A DNA stretch of 64,000 nt. Source: Stegostoma tigrinum (Eukaryota). Positions within the stretch are counted from its first letter, which is position 1. Every line of letters starts with the position of its first letter. Positions 1-12,900 of the stretch are shown one piece after another. The notes under the pieces are model-generated. The model saw only the letters and a list, made by a program, of their open reading frames with translations, was not told the DNA's origin and made no database searches. The position numbers were made by a program, and so were the translations under genes. The stretch lies in NCBI RefSeq assembly GCF_030684315.1, contig NC_081402.1, positions 434,001 through 498,000 of the forward strand. The letters run 5' to 3'.

Positions 1-190
1 TCTGTGTTAGCCCCTTCTTTCCTCTTTCCTCGAACAGCAGAGGACACAATTTCACCAGGAGTGGGGCCACTGGTGTCTGAAACAAACAACACACTTTGTA
101 CGGTTCCAAAAGCAACACAGTGCAGGATTCCGGAGATCTGAAACCAGTACAGAGAGCACTGGAGAAACTCAGCAGGTCTGGCAACATCTG

Positions 191-191
<1 letters not shown>

Positions 192-240
<49 letters not shown>

Positions 241-250
241 GAGAGAGAGA
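192..250. repeat. (GA)n microsatellite inside a Penelope-like terminal fragment (~105-290)
   Basis: Direct GA run; the flank CTGGAGAAACTCAGCAGGTCTGGCA recurs at ~31440, ~45355 and ~62635. Confidence 0.9.
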
Positions 251-714
251 GTTAAGGTTTTGAGTGTGTTGACTCTGCATCAGTCTGCTTTCCTTCCTGG
301 CAAATGTTTCTATCAGATAAGAAGCATGCTGCGTCAACTGGTAAAGTTTAGTTCCTTTTTCTTTGTGTTTCGGTTGCAGGCAGTCCATTTGACTTGTCTC
401 TGCGTGGTCAGTGTCATTTCCTGTTCTCTCTGACGGAGATTCAGAGCTGCAGACTGATCTGAAGAAGCCAGAACCTAATCTTCCCCTTTAGATTACTTTG
501 CTGGTTCCTGGGGTGGGGTGGGTCCCTCGAGGTCATGTACACTTTGGGAAGGCCATGCACAGGTAAGTCATATTTGTCCAGCTTGTTGCTGGGAGAGAAG
601 GGGATGGAAAACTGGGGGCAACTCACTGTCTTTTTGATGAATTGATTGGAGAGATTGATCATTGTGACAAACCCGCTAATGAATGAAACAGAAATGCCTT
701 AAATGCTGAGCGAA

Positions 715-920
715 GGATACGACTTTTTCACACAGGTTGGTGTGGGTATGGATTGAGTTACGAGAGGAAGTGTAGAGGTGGGCACAATATGTAAAAGACA
801 GGTACATGGATTAGATGGATATGGGTCAAACACAGGCAAATGGGATGAGAATAGTATAGGAAATCTGATTGGCATGGACAGCTTGGGCCGAAGGGTCTGT
901 TTCTGTGCTGTATGATTCTG
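715..920 (+). mobile_element. CR1/HER1-type LINE 3' end fragment
   Basis: Tail GGGCCGAAGGGTCTGTTTCTGTGCTGTATGATTCT, similar to ends at ~2040-2075, ~12000 and ~51100. Confidence 0.65.
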
Positions 921-1819
921 TTTGATGATTTCCTTTCACTTGCTTCAATTAAAGGGAGAAAATTGTGGGTAAAGTAGGAGGTGGGATAAACTAGTTTGTA
1001 ATACTTTTAGGGAGATGGATCGTCACACATCACAAATATCCACAATCGAGTGGCCTCATTCTCTGCTCATTGAAACCACGATCCCATTTATTTTCATTAT
1101 CAGGAAAGTTGGAGGTGAAATTAATTGAATTCCTGAAGTATTTACCCTCCCAGAGACAGTGAGGTTGACTTTACATTTGGATTCCACGCGATGCATGTGA
1201 AGGTGTTTTCCCGACTCATTTTCTGTAAGTGATTGTTACATATTTATATACAAATGAAACATTGTGTGCAGTTATCTCCCAGATTAATCACGTGTGAATG
1301 AGATGCCAGGGCTGTGCTGTTAGGGGGAGTTAAAGTAATTCAAACTGATTCACGTTTTCAAGCCTGCAGTTAAAATTTCTGGAAGCGAGGAGGGAGAGAT
1401 GAAGGAGAGAAAGAGAGATGGGGGAAGGGTGAAGGGAGAGAAAGGGATGATGACAGAATTGAGAACGAGAGAGTGGGATGGTGACAGGACAGAGTGAGAC
1501 AGAGAGACAGAGCGAGAGAGAGATGGAGTTTCATTCAATGTTTTGGACCCGACAGCTTACTGTGGTAGAGAATCCCACACGCTCCCCACTCTATGGGTGA
1601 AGGCATTTTTCCTCATCTCACTCCTAACCCATTCCCTTTAGACTGTCACCCCTTCTCCCCCGGTTCTGGACTGCCCCGTCGTGACTGGGAAAATCCTTTA
1701 TTTTTGGTGGGTATAGTCTGGATGGATCGAAATGCCTCTCCAGTACTGTGAGAGTCTATCGTATTAAAGTGAGCATTCCTGATTATGTACCATCATTCAG
1801 ATTTCAATCTTGCTTTCAT

Positions 1820-2075
1820 CAGTCAGACCATTGATAACAGGAGTTGAGACGTTATGTTGCCATTGTACAGGTCATTGGTGTGGCCCCTTTTGGATTACTG
1901 TGTACAAATCTGGTAGCCCTGCTATAGGAAGGATATTATTAAATTAGAGAGGGTGCTAAAGGGATTTGCAAAGCCAATTGAAGGCATATGGGACTAGTTT
2001 ATTATGGGAAATCTGGTTGCCATGAATGAGTTGGGGTAAGGGATCTGTTTCCATGCTGTATGACTCTAGAACTCT
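1820..2075 (+). mobile_element. CR1-type LINE fragment (RT C-terminus and tail, internally deleted)
   Basis: Degenerate LYRSLVRPLLEYCVQFW-like coding trace plus 3' tail. Confidence 0.6.
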
Positions 2076-2728
2076 ATTGCGAGATGATCCAAGCTATTGA
2101 TCTGAACAGATTGGACAGGCATCCTCATTCATTGAAGCTCCATCCCCAGGACCCTTCCTTCTCACCTCTCGGTTAAAGCTCTCCCACTTTCTCTTCCGTT
2201 CCCCATTGCAAAGTATTACCCAGCTCCATTCTGACATTCCGGACTCAGCTTTCCATTTGGATGTCTGTCCAAGGATCCCCTCATGGGCTCCTGTGCTTCT
2301 GAAGCAAATGTACAAACTTGGAGCAAAAAAAAACCATGTACCCCTTCGACAGGCAGAACTCCTGCCCCAAAACCTGTAGCTACAGTATTTCAAACAGCAG
2401 GTTCCCCTTTACAAACAAATGACACATGATCGCGTGGGGGTGTGCATCGTTCCGCAGAGTTTGTAATGAGAACATTCACAGATGTAATGGGAATTTCTCT
2501 TTCTTTTAACAGTAAGAACCACTTCGTATTTGGACGCCCATGATAAGTTGAAAATGTTACATTAAATGATTGCATGCAAAGTGTGATCGAGGTTTAGGTC
2601 TCTATTTTATACAAACCACAGGCGTAGTTTTCAATCTGACAGAGTTTTTTTGCTTAAGGTAATAAGGGAATAGGAGCCAGACACAAGTCAATGGTGTGAG
2701 CCCACTGAATAGTGGAACAGGCTCAGTG

Positions 2729-2900
2729 GGTGGCAGAGTGGCTCAGTGGTTCGCGCTGCTGCTGCTGCACAGCGCTGGGGACCCGGGTTTGATTTCAGCC
2801 TCAGGTGACTGTCTGTGTAAAGTTTGCACATTCTCCCTGTGTGTGTGTCAATTTTTCTCCAGGTGCTCCCATTTCCTGGCACAGTCCTGAGACGGGCAGG
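2729..2900 (+). mobile_element. tRNA-derived HE1/V-SINE, 5' part
   Basis: GTGGCTCAGTGGTT A box, GGGTTTGATTTC B box, then V-domain GTTTGCACATTCTCCCTGTG..GGTGCTCC..TTCC. Confidence 0.75.
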
Positions 2901-3184
2901 GTAGAATCATGCTCCCCTGCCCACCTAACCTTTGAGACAAGCCATTCCTCCTCTTCTCTGTTTTCAATCTGCTCCAGCCCCTTATCCTGACATTGTGACT
3001 TCTCAATCTCGATTGTCCCACTTGAAGAGAAAACTTCTCCCTATTTTCGTTGTCAGTTCCCCCACTCCCTTTAGGATCTTATGTCCCTCAGTTAGATCTC
3101 CTCTCATTCTTCTGAACTCCAGAATGTATCAGCCAAAACTGCTCAATCTCTCTTCCTAAGATAAATGTTTGTTATTAATCAGTC

Positions 3185-3807
3185 TGTTATGGACCAGACC
3201 AGACCCCCTCCAAATAGTTTTAGAAAGGAGCCTAGATGCTAAATTTTCTTATTTATAAAAGCAAACACAAAGTGCTGGTTTCAGATACAGTGTGATTGGT
3301 CAAATAACTATATGTTAAGCAAAACGCAATTTATTTAAACACTGCAGTTAAAATGCAACAAAAGAAAGAGGACTTAAGAATAACAATTATATTGGAAATG
3401 TTGCAGAATAATTGATGCAGTAAACATTTCTAATAAACTCTTTCAAGACAGTAACATCCCCTTAACACACCCCTTGGCAAAATAAAAGGAAAATTCAGAC
3501 ACAGATTCTCATGGGCAGTTCTTTCCATCCAGGAGCAGTAAACATAGAGAGAAAATTCAGAGAGAGTAGCAGCCAGGAGACATTTCTTCAAGCTTCCAAG
3601 TCTGTTGAGACCCCCATAGCTTCAGATGCTACTAAATAAAACCCAGAAATTCTGCCTTGTGAGAGCTGGCCACACCCATTCAGGCTGTAAAACATAAAAC
3701 CCAAAACCCCTCAAGCTGTTTGGTTAAGTGGTCTTAACCAGCGAGCTCAACCCTTCTCATTCAATCTCTCCCTCAAAAGAAACCAGGACAAGAGCTCCTC
3801 ACTAACA
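3185..3807. mobile_element. Possible solo LTR
   Basis: Starts TGTTAT, ends TAACA, ~620 bp, non-coding; no target-site duplication seen. Confidence 0.35.
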
Positions 3808-4950
3808 TCTGGGGGCCAGTGTCAAAATTGGGAGGGTCACCGTCAGACTCCTCGAATCATACCTGACTGTCAATGCCCCAGGTACCACCATCACCGTCCC
3901 TGGATATGTCCTGTCCCACCGGCAAGACAGACCCAGAAGAGGTGATGCTGCAGTGGTATGCAGTCAGGCAGCAGTTACATTGGCAGGTATCATCTTGACT
4001 CCGGATAACGTGAAGCCTCGTGGCTTCAGGTTAAACACGGGTAAGGAACCCTCCTACTGATTACCACGTACCGCCCTCCCTTGGCTGATGAATCAGTAAC
4101 ACCTCCATGTTGAAAGACACTGAGATGAAGCACAGATTTCATTGCCCACCTCCTAGTGTAGCTCGGCAGCAGCACTGCTAGCCGGGCTGGTCAGATCCTA
4201 AAAGACGTTCCTACAAGATTGGGTCTGCGGCAGGTGGTGAGGGAACCAACAGGAGGGAAAAAATCATACCTGACCTCATCCTTACTGATCTGTCAGTTGT
4301 TAATACATCTGTCCTTGACAGTATCGGTGAGAGTGACCACGACACAGTCCTTGTGGAGATGGAGTCCCATTGAAGGTAGCTTCTATTGATGGAACATGGG
4401 TGTCACTGGCTCGGCCCAGCATTTATTGCCCCTAACCCTAGTTGCCCCTTGAGTAGGTGGTCGTGAGCTGCATTCTTGTACCACCACAGCCCACATGTTG
4501 TAGGTAGACCCACCATGTCCCTAGGGAGGGAATTCCAGGATTTTGACCCAGCAACACTGAGGGAATGACTGATATGTTTGCAAGTCGGGATGGTGAGTGG
4601 CTTGAAGGGGAATGTGCAGGGAGTGGTCTTCCCATGTAGCTGCTATCATTGTCCTTCTAGATGGAAGTAATTGTGGGTTTGAAAGGTGCAGCCCGAGGAT
4701 CTTTGGTGAATTTCTGCAGTGCATCTTGTAGATGGGAGACACTGCTGCTACTGAGCGTCAGTGGTGGAGAAAGTGGATGTTTGTGGATGTGGTACCAATC
4801 AAGTGGGGTCTGCTTCACCCTGGTTAGTGTCAAGCTTCTCAAGTGTTAATAGAGCTGCACCCAACCAGGCAAGTCGGGAGTACTCCCTCACTCCTAACTT
4901 GTGCCTTGTTGGTATTGGGCAGGCTGTGGAGAGTAGAATCACTGATTAAT
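3808..4950. mobile_element. Fragments of a second LINE family (endonuclease-like piece +, 3' end -)
   Basis: Tail CAATAAATGCTGG (reverse at ~4410-4430) shared with copies at 8510-8915, 13600-14110, 30050-30680 and 47730-48000. Confidence 0.6.
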
Positions 4951-5069
4951 TGACCAACTGTGTATTTTTGCATTGGATAGAAACAGCAAATGCATTAATT
5001 GTGATGAAGAGTGAAACATTTCGATTGGAGTTTTGCTTGTTGGAAATAACTACTGCTTTTCTTCTGCAG

Positions 5070-5321
5070 GCCATTACCCAGAAGTAGTTATAACTAATCC
5101 CAGTGATGGCATCATCAAAGAAGGGCAATGGTTCACTCTGAAGTGTTGGTACAGGAACACATATATAAAAGCTTCCTGGTATAAAAACAACAATTATGAG
5201 GCTATATCTAGTGAATTTAATAAAAGAGCTGACAGAAAAACTGGAGGCTCTTACCTGTGTCAAAGATTCTACTTAGTGAGTCGCTCCTCAAGAAGTAAAC
5301 CGTTGGAAGTGGCGACTATTG
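5070..5321 (+). CDS. C2-type immunoglobulin domain exon (FcR/FCRL-like)
   Basis: Acceptor cttctgcag, donor gtacgt, phase 1-1, open frame: PEVVITNPSDGIIKEGQWFTLKC..WYKNN..GGSYLCQ..SRSKPLEV, with B-strand Cys, C-strand Trp and F-strand GxYxC. Confidence 0.8.
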
Positions 5322-5654
5322 GTACGTAAACGTTGAGTGCTGATGTCCGTATTCTGTGTCGAACTACAACCCTTTTTGCAGAGAGACCACGCAGTATATC
5401 ATACTGCACGCTGTTCGATTCATCGAGTCCCAAAGGTCACGGTGACGCAGAGATGCTTTTGATCCCACTTCCCAAATGCATGAATTCTTGCCCTCTCCAG
5501 ATTTTAACTTTAACCATCGGGTCCAGAAGGAATTGGAACAGGAGTCGGTTATTCGACCCTTTGAGTTTGCTTTGCCTTTCAGTCAGATACACGACTGATC
5601 TGAGACATGGTTTCAAGTCCCACCTGCTGCAGAGAGATTTAACCACTTCGCTGA

Positions 5655-6490
5655 CCAGGCTGGGCTCTTTACAAACTGGCCCCCATTATAAATTGAGCCA
5701 CATTTTACGCTGGGTCCAATCCTAAACTGGGCCACATGTAACTTGGGATTCATGCTAGCCCTGGGCCTCATCATAAACTGCGAAAAATCACAACATGCAA
5801 AACATCCTGTATTGGGCCTCATCCTAAACTGGGCCTGAGCATAAACTGGGACTCGTCATAAACACACCCACAACCCAAACTAGGGTACATCTTACATTGG
5901 GCTTCATTCTAAACTGGGCCACATCCTAAACGGGGCGAAATCTTACACTGGGCTAATCTTAAACTGGACCATCACTAAACTGGGTTAATCCTAAACTGTG
6001 CCACATCCTAAACCTGTCCATCTTCCTTCCCACCAATCCACCCCCACCCATCCCATTGACCAATCCCCACTACTCCCGACCTGCATCAAACCATCACCAT
6101 CCCTCTTACCTTTCCCAAATCCCATCCCTTCTATCTTTATTTATTTCCAGCTCCCTAAACCTGCCCAATTTCTGAAGAAGGGTCCCAACCCAAAAAGTCA
6201 ACTTTTCTGCTCCTCTGATGCTGCCTGGCCTGTGGTGTTCCTCCATCTCCACACTGTGTTGCCACATCATAAATTGGGCCACATCCACACTGCGAAACAT
6301 TTGAAATTTGGAAATTTTCTAACCTGGGCCTCATGTTAAACTGAGACACATCCTACACTAAGAAACTTCCTACACTGAGCCACATGCTAAGTTAAAAGAA
6401 GATCCTACACTGGGACATGTTGTGCACTGGGTTACGTCCCATACTGGCCCACATCCTCCACTGGGCCTCATTCTAAACTGGGCCTCTTCT
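5655..6490. repeat. ~17-bp minisatellite (AAACTGGGCCACATCCT), interrupted by a Penelope-like fragment at ~6014-6260
   Basis: Many degenerate 16-17-bp units visible, e.g. 5911-6013. Confidence 0.85.
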
Positions 6491-6739
6491 GATATTTGGC
6501 CAAGTCCTTTCCAGGGTCATGTTGTACTCCCTGTCACATCCCAAACATTGCTGAGGGCTCAGGTGATGATAGAAGCAGTGGAAAACCAGCTTCACCATCT
6601 CCCACCGTGTGCTCACTGTTATGACACAGAGAGCGAGATCCTGTTGAGCAGAATCAATCACCTACTTTCACTTTCAAGTTAGTTTAGCTTCTCTCCCCTT
6701 TACTCAAGCGAATGAGTCATAGAGCTGTAGTTATAGATG

Positions 6740-7560
6740 GTACAGAAGAGACTCTTCAGCCCATCAATCTGCACGAACCTAGCTAAACTAATCCTACTTC
6801 CCCCCCACCAAGGATAACAGTCTTAAATACTATGACATAACAGTTGGTTGACCAAGAACATTGTAGAGTTTATTTCAGTGTCTCACCTGAAATATCCTCC
6901 AAAGTCATGCTTTTCAGACTCCCATCATTCTCTGGGTGAAGCAATTCTCAAATCTCCCCCGAAACCTCCTGCCCTTACCCACATTTATTATTGACCCTTC
7001 AACCAAGGGCACCAGCAGCTTCCTATCCCTCCTGTAAATGCCCCTCATAACCTTACACTACCTCTGTCAGGCCTATCCTCAGCCTTCTCTACTCCAAACA
7101 TCTCGAGCCTATCCAACCTCTCTTCATTGTTTAAATTCTCCATCCCAGGCAACATTTTAGTGAATTTCCTCGGCACCCCCTCCAGTGCAATCACATCCTT
7201 CCTATAGTCTGGAGACTGGAACTGCACACAGTGCTCCAGCTGAAGTCTCACCAAAGTCCTGTCCAGCTCCAACATCACCTCTTTGCTCTCACAATCTGTA
7301 CCTTGACTGATAAAGGCAAGTGTCCCATGTGCCTTCTTAACTGCCCTATCAACATGTCCTGCCACCTTCAGGGATCTGTGTACAAACACCCTCACATCCT
7401 TCTGTTCCTCTGAGCTTTGTAGTGCCCTGCCTTTCATTCAGTACTTCCTTGTCTTCCTTCTGCCAAAGTGCATCACCTCCCATTTATCAGGGTTCAACCC
7501 CATCTGACCAATTGTCCTGTAAACTGACACCTTCTCCTCACTGTCAATCACCCGGCCAAT
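6740..7560 (-). mobile_element. CR1/HER1-type LINE 3' portion
   Basis: ORF 7045-7437(-): ..LVRLQLEHCVQFQSPDYRKDVIALEGVPRKFTKM..EERLDRL, typical CR1 RT C-terminus. Confidence 0.85.
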
Positions 7561-7654
7561 CTTCATTTTATCCGCATTATTTTTTGTGTTGCATTAAAAC
7601 GGACGACTAACCTGCCACCTTGATATTCCATCCCATTATCTCTTCAGATTTTCT

Positions 7655-8185
7655 TGGGCTGTGAGTGGTGCTGGCTGGGGACGGCACTCATTGCCCATGC
7701 CTAATTGCACAGAGGGCAGTGAAGAGTCAACCACATTGCGGTGCATCTCGAGTCACGTGCAGGCCAGACCAAGTATTGATGGCAGATTTGCTTCTCGAAA
7801 GGGCATTAGTGAACTAGTTGGTTATTCCTGAAAATCAGCAATGAATTTGCGGTCACCATCAGACTCTTTCATTCTAGATTTTTATGAACTGATTTCAAAC
7901 TCCACTATTTTCCATGATAACAAAGTGTAGAACTGGATGAACATAGCAGGCCAAGCAGCATCTCAGGAGCACAAAAGCTGACGTTTCGGGCCCGAAACGT
8001 CAGCTTTTGTGCTCCTGAGATGCTACTTGGCCTGCTGTGTCCATGCAGCTATACACTTTGTTATCTTGGATTCTCCAGCATCTGCAGTTCCCATTATCAC
8101 TCCACCATTTTCCATGGTGGGATTTGAACCCAGGCCACTGGAATAATAGTCAAGCGACAATACCGCTGTGTCTCCACCTCCCCAT
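7655..8185 (-). mobile_element. tRNA-derived SINE (DeuSINE/SacSINE-like) interrupted by a palindromic insert
   Basis: Same sequence family at 17963-18130(+) and 60385-60690(-); B-box-like GGTTCAAATCCC on the minus strand. Confidence 0.6.
7917..8098. mobile_element. Non-autonomous Penelope-like palindromic insert
   Basis: ~75-bp inverted arms centred at 7990/7991; TSD ACTCCACYATTTTCCATG at 7899-7916 and 8099-8116. Confidence 0.8.
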
Positions 8186-8450
8186 GTAAAAAGGATTCTC
8201 AAATCTGAATTTAGATACTAGATTCTTGACAAGCTGATCAAACTGAGATTGTCCAAGAGTATCTCCTATTCAACCATCCAACAGGATAATGATTGATCCG
8301 ACATTCCTCACAGCAACTTTCCTGCCCTTTCCCTTGATTCCCTGACTGATCAAGAATCTGTCTGTCTCAGCCTTTAATATACACAAGGACTCTGCACCCA
8401 CACAGCTCTCTGTGGCAAGGTATTCCAAACACACGCACTTTCTCATAGAC

Positions 8451-8495
<45 letters not shown>

Positions 8496-9399
8496 TTCAC
8501 AGGGATGACATTCACTAGCATTGAATCCCTCCACCACTGACATTCAGCAGCAGCAGTGTGTACCATCCATAAGATGCACTGGAGAACTTCACCAGAGATG
8601 CTGAGACAGCACCTTCCAAACTCATGCCATTTTCATCTAGAAGGCCAAGGGCAGCATATGCACAGGAACACGACCTCCTGCAAATCCTCCTCTCAGCCAC
8701 TCCCATCCTGGCTTTAAAATATATCAGTCATTTCTTCAGTGTCTCTGGGTCAGTAAATCCTGGAATTCCATCCCTAAGGGCATTGTGCATCTACACACAG
8801 CACACGGACTGCAGCGGTTCAAGAAGTCAGCTACCCTCGATCTTCTCAAGGCGTCAAGTAGGGACAGGGGCAATAAATGCTGGGCCCAGCCCGTGACGTC
8901 CATGTGCCACAAGTGAATGTACTTTGTGAGGGTGTGAGCAGGCTGAATGAGCAGCAGATGGAAATACAAGGGAAGACAGACAAAGTAATGCGCCATATTC
9001 AGAAGAATGGTCAGCACAGATGTAAATTAAAGATTAAAATTGGAATTATTGCTACCTGCGCATCAGTTGAGGAAAACAAATTCATTTGCAAACAGGTGAA
9101 GCCAAATATTTACAGTAAAACATTCCCATTTTTTTTCCTCTCTCTTATTTTCTCCACCTGATTCTTCCAGCAGATCCCGGCAGCAGAGGTAAGATAGTAA
9201 GGTGGTTAGCGACTTGTAACAGGTTTCAAGAACAGTGCAAATGGGGCGAAAATCGCTATGGGGTGCATACCCAACAATTTTACATTGTGGCAAATGTACT
9301 ATTGTGTCTGACTCATTTGCAAATTGAAAGCAAAACAGATCAAATTGAGGACACCCTCCATCTGACACTGAAATGTGTGTGGCTCAGTCACATCAATGA

Positions 9400-10990
9400 T
9401 GGGGTTATCCATTGTAGTCAGAAGAATTGAAAAAGGCAACTTACCATCCGAACGGGAGAGAAAATTAATAATTTATTAGTGCAGAGAGATTCGAATGTCC
9501 TTGAGCATGAATCTCAGAAATCTAGCATGCTGCTTCGGCAAGTAATAAGAAAGTCATTTATTGCTAAAGGAATCGAGCATAAACGTAGGGGAGTGTTGCT
9601 TGGAACGTACAATGAAGTGGAGGTGCTGGTGTTCGACTGGGGTGGACAATGTCAGAGGTCACGTGACACTGGGTCAGTGTCCAACAGATTTATTTGGAAT
9701 CACAAGCTTTAGGAGAAGCACACAGACACGGGATTTGTAGCAGAGAGATCAAAATATCATATGAAGGTTTTGAGTGGAGTGTCAATAATAAGTCCCTGCA
9801 GGTGATCGAAAGTGTTGACTTTTATGATATTAAGAATCATTCAGTGACCCCCCGCCCCCACCCCCCAATCTTTAGGCAAGCATCCTCCAAGGGGGCCTTC
9901 GAGATACACAACAATGCAGAATCGCCGAGCAGAAACTGCCAGCCAAGATCGATACCCATGAAGACGACCTCAACCGTGATCTTGGGTCATGGCAGGCTAT
10001 GTGTAACCCTACCCGTAGTTCTGTATTTGTGAAACGTTCTTCACTGTCCTGTTCTGACACAACCACCTTGATAAATTAGTATGATCTCTCTACCTCCATT
10101 AGTTTATACAGTTTTAGTTTACTTATTACTTTGGTTAAACCCTTGGCATGTGACTCTTGTACCTGTCATGTTATTCCATTCATTTGTTTGCAGCTCCACC
10201 ATATTTTTAAGTTTTTGCAATTATCTCGCTGCTTCATTTTATCAGATTTTAGCTCATCCCTTTGCTTGTTATTCAGCTGCTGACGTCCTATGAATACTCT
10301 GAAACTACTCGTCACCTGAAGAGACTAATTATTTGAGACTCCACTCAAAGCATTTGTATGATCTTTTGATCTTTCTGCCTATAAATTCTATGTCTATGCC
10401 TCTCCATCGCTTCACCTAACAAAAGGGTAGTGTGACAAAATCTTGTGATATCAAATAAACTAATTGGACTATAACCTGGTGTTGTGCAACTTCTCAAATG
10501 TACAAAGTATTGGGATTTCTGCATCCGGAGTACTGTATAGTCCTTTGGTCCCCTGACATGAGGAGGAAAGCAGTTGCATTGGAGAGAGTTCACAGCAATT
10601 TCACTGGATTGATGGCCAAAATGAAATGTGAGCTTTGTCAGGAGAGACTGGGAGAATTTTGGTCTCTTTACATGAAGGCGGTTGTAGTTGTATTGGAGGC
10701 CGTTCAAAGGAGATTCACTCAGTCATTTCCAAAAATGACTGGTTTGCCTTAGAAGAGAGATTGAACAGTTTCTCTGCAGTTTAGAAGAATGAGAAGAGAT
10801 TAAACTGACGGATAGAAGATGCTGAAGGGGAGAATTGACAAAATAGATGGAGAGAGGATCTTTCTTCATGTGGGGCAATCGAGAACAAGAGAGTCATTGC
10901 TTCAGGAGAAAGTGGTGGGGCAGATCAAAAGCAGAAGTGAAAACAAATGGCTTCTCTCAAAAGGGGTAGAAGATTGTGAATCGTTGTGGC
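9400..10990 (+). mobile_element. CR1-type LINE remnant with a nested Penelope-like element (~9612-10497)
   Basis: LINE text resumes after the insert (MYKVLGFLHPEYCIVLWSP..); insert ends are inverted relatives (GTCCAACAGATTTATTTGGAATCACAAG / CTTGTGATATCAAATAAACTAATTGGAC) with flanking GTACAA. Confidence 0.65.
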
Positions 10991-11376
10991 AAGTGGAATT
11001 GAAACTTGCCTGGGCAACAATCTGAAAATACTTCCTTCCAAGCGAGGTGATGGGAAATCGAGCTGAGGACATGACTGAAGACAGACGCACAAGAGATTTC
11101 AATTATGCAGAGATTGGGCCAAGTCAACTGAATGGTGAGTGTGTGAATCTGTGAGCTACCGATCCTACAATATCATGTACTGGTCATTGTTCGAACTGGT
11201 ATTCATCCGATTGGGAAGACCGACAGAAACAAATCTTTTTTCTGTAAGTGATGGAGCGAAGTGTGGGTTGTTTTCTTTACAGCAGAGAAGATTGTTGAGG
11301 AAGACGGAAATGACAGAGGTATGTAAAATGGGTAGTTTTGTAGAACAGAGACCGATGGGTTGAGGCACATAATTCT

Positions 11377-12900
11377 TTGGAGATTGAGTCACAGGTCGAC
11401 AGGGTGGTTAAGAATTCATTGAGCACTCTTGCCTTCGTTGCTCAGACCATTGTGTATAGGAGTTCCGACATTATGTTGTGGTTGTACACAATGTTGTTCA
11501 GGCCTCTTCTGGAGTACTGTGTCCAGTTCTGGTTGTCCTGTTCCAGGAAGGATATTGTTAATCTGGAGAGGGTTCAGAGAAGATGCATCAGGATGTTGGT
11601 GGGAATGGAAGGGTGAGTTAAAAGGAGAGATGGATTAGGCTGGGACTATATTCACCACAGTATAGGAGGGTGACGGGTGACCTGACACAGGTTCATAAAA
11701 TAACAAGGCTATGTATAAGGAGAATGGCAGATATCTTTTCTCCAGGTTGGGCAGTTTAAAACGTGGGTTCTTCTTAAAGCGAGAGGACAAAGATTAAAAA
11801 AAAAGTCATAAGGGGCAATTTTTGTTTTACACAGAGAACAGTTCATGGAGGGAATGAACTTCCAAAGGATGTGGTGGATGTTGGTACAGTTACAGCATTT
11901 AAAAGACATTTGGAAAAGTACATGAATTGGAAAGGTTTGGAGGGATATGGGCCAAACACAGGCAGGTGTGACTAGTTTAGTTTAGGAACATGGTCAGCAT
12001 GGACGAGTTGGACTGAAGGTTGGTTTCACTGACTCTCTTATGAAGGGCATGGGCGAGGGTGATAGGAATCAGCTGATCCCCTCAGTTGAAGGGTCAATGA
12101 CAAAAGAAGAGGGGCCAACATTTTAAGGTGAATGGTAAGAGGCGTAGAAGGGGATTTGAGGACTGTTTGCCCCAGAAGGTGGTGAGGATCTGGAGTGTAT
12201 GAAAATAAAACATCTGGAAGTATTTCAAATCTGTAATTGTGCCAGTGCATGAAAATGACACTTCGTAACTGCAGATTCTTCCTGATTTATGAATGTTGAA
12301 CATTCGTACAAAAAAAAAGTCAGGACTGGGCCATTGATTTCCTTGAGAATGGTCTGCCATATACCATCCTTTGGTGTTTATCCGCTAAATACATTAGCTG
12401 AACAAAAGAATTCCCTCTCTCTCTCTCAGATTGAAAATTAACAACCGATCCAGCATCTGCTGTTGTTTGTGGGAGCAAGTTCCAAACCTCTCCCACCCTT
12501 TGTGTGTGGAAGTGCTTCCTGACATCTTTCCTGAACAGTCTGGCCCTAATTCTCAGGCTACACCGTCCGTAGGTCCAGAAACCCCAGCCAGTGGAAATAG
12601 ATTCTATTTATCCACCCTGTCTTTTCCTATTAATATATTCAATCAGGTCACCCCTTAAACTTGAAATTTGACAGAAAACAGGCTCATTTGTCTAATCTCG
12701 CCTCATGACTTAACCCCTCAAGTCCAGGTATCATTCTTGTCAACCTACATTGTGCTCCCTCCAAGGCCAATCTGTCCTTGCTGGTGTGGTGCCCAGACCT
12801 GCTCCAAGTGGGGTCTAACCAGAGTTTTGTACGAGTGCAGCATAACTCTGTGTCCTTGTCCTCCAATCCTCTGGATATAAAGGCCAGCATTCCATTAGCT
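11377..12900. mobile_element. CR1-type LINE fragments (11377-12030 +, 12400-12900 -)
   Basis: RPLLEYCVQFW..RKDIVNLERVQRR in ORF 11377; LEGAQCRLTRMIPGLEGLSHEARLDK in ORF 12684. Confidence 0.8.

Noticed and set aside
326-410. Alternative first exon or mini-exon near 326-407
   Set aside because: Splice-like signals exist but give no convincing leader or phase fit with the Ig exon
2729-2805. tRNA-like sequences (also ~17590, ~17965, ~47500)
   Set aside because: These are SINE heads with A/B boxes continuing into SINE bodies; no complete cloverleaf
7917-8065. Pre-miRNA or DNA-transposon MITE reading of the hairpins
   Set aside because: Variable fold-back points, unequal arms, 9-18-bp TSDs and a shared Penelope tail fit retroposition better
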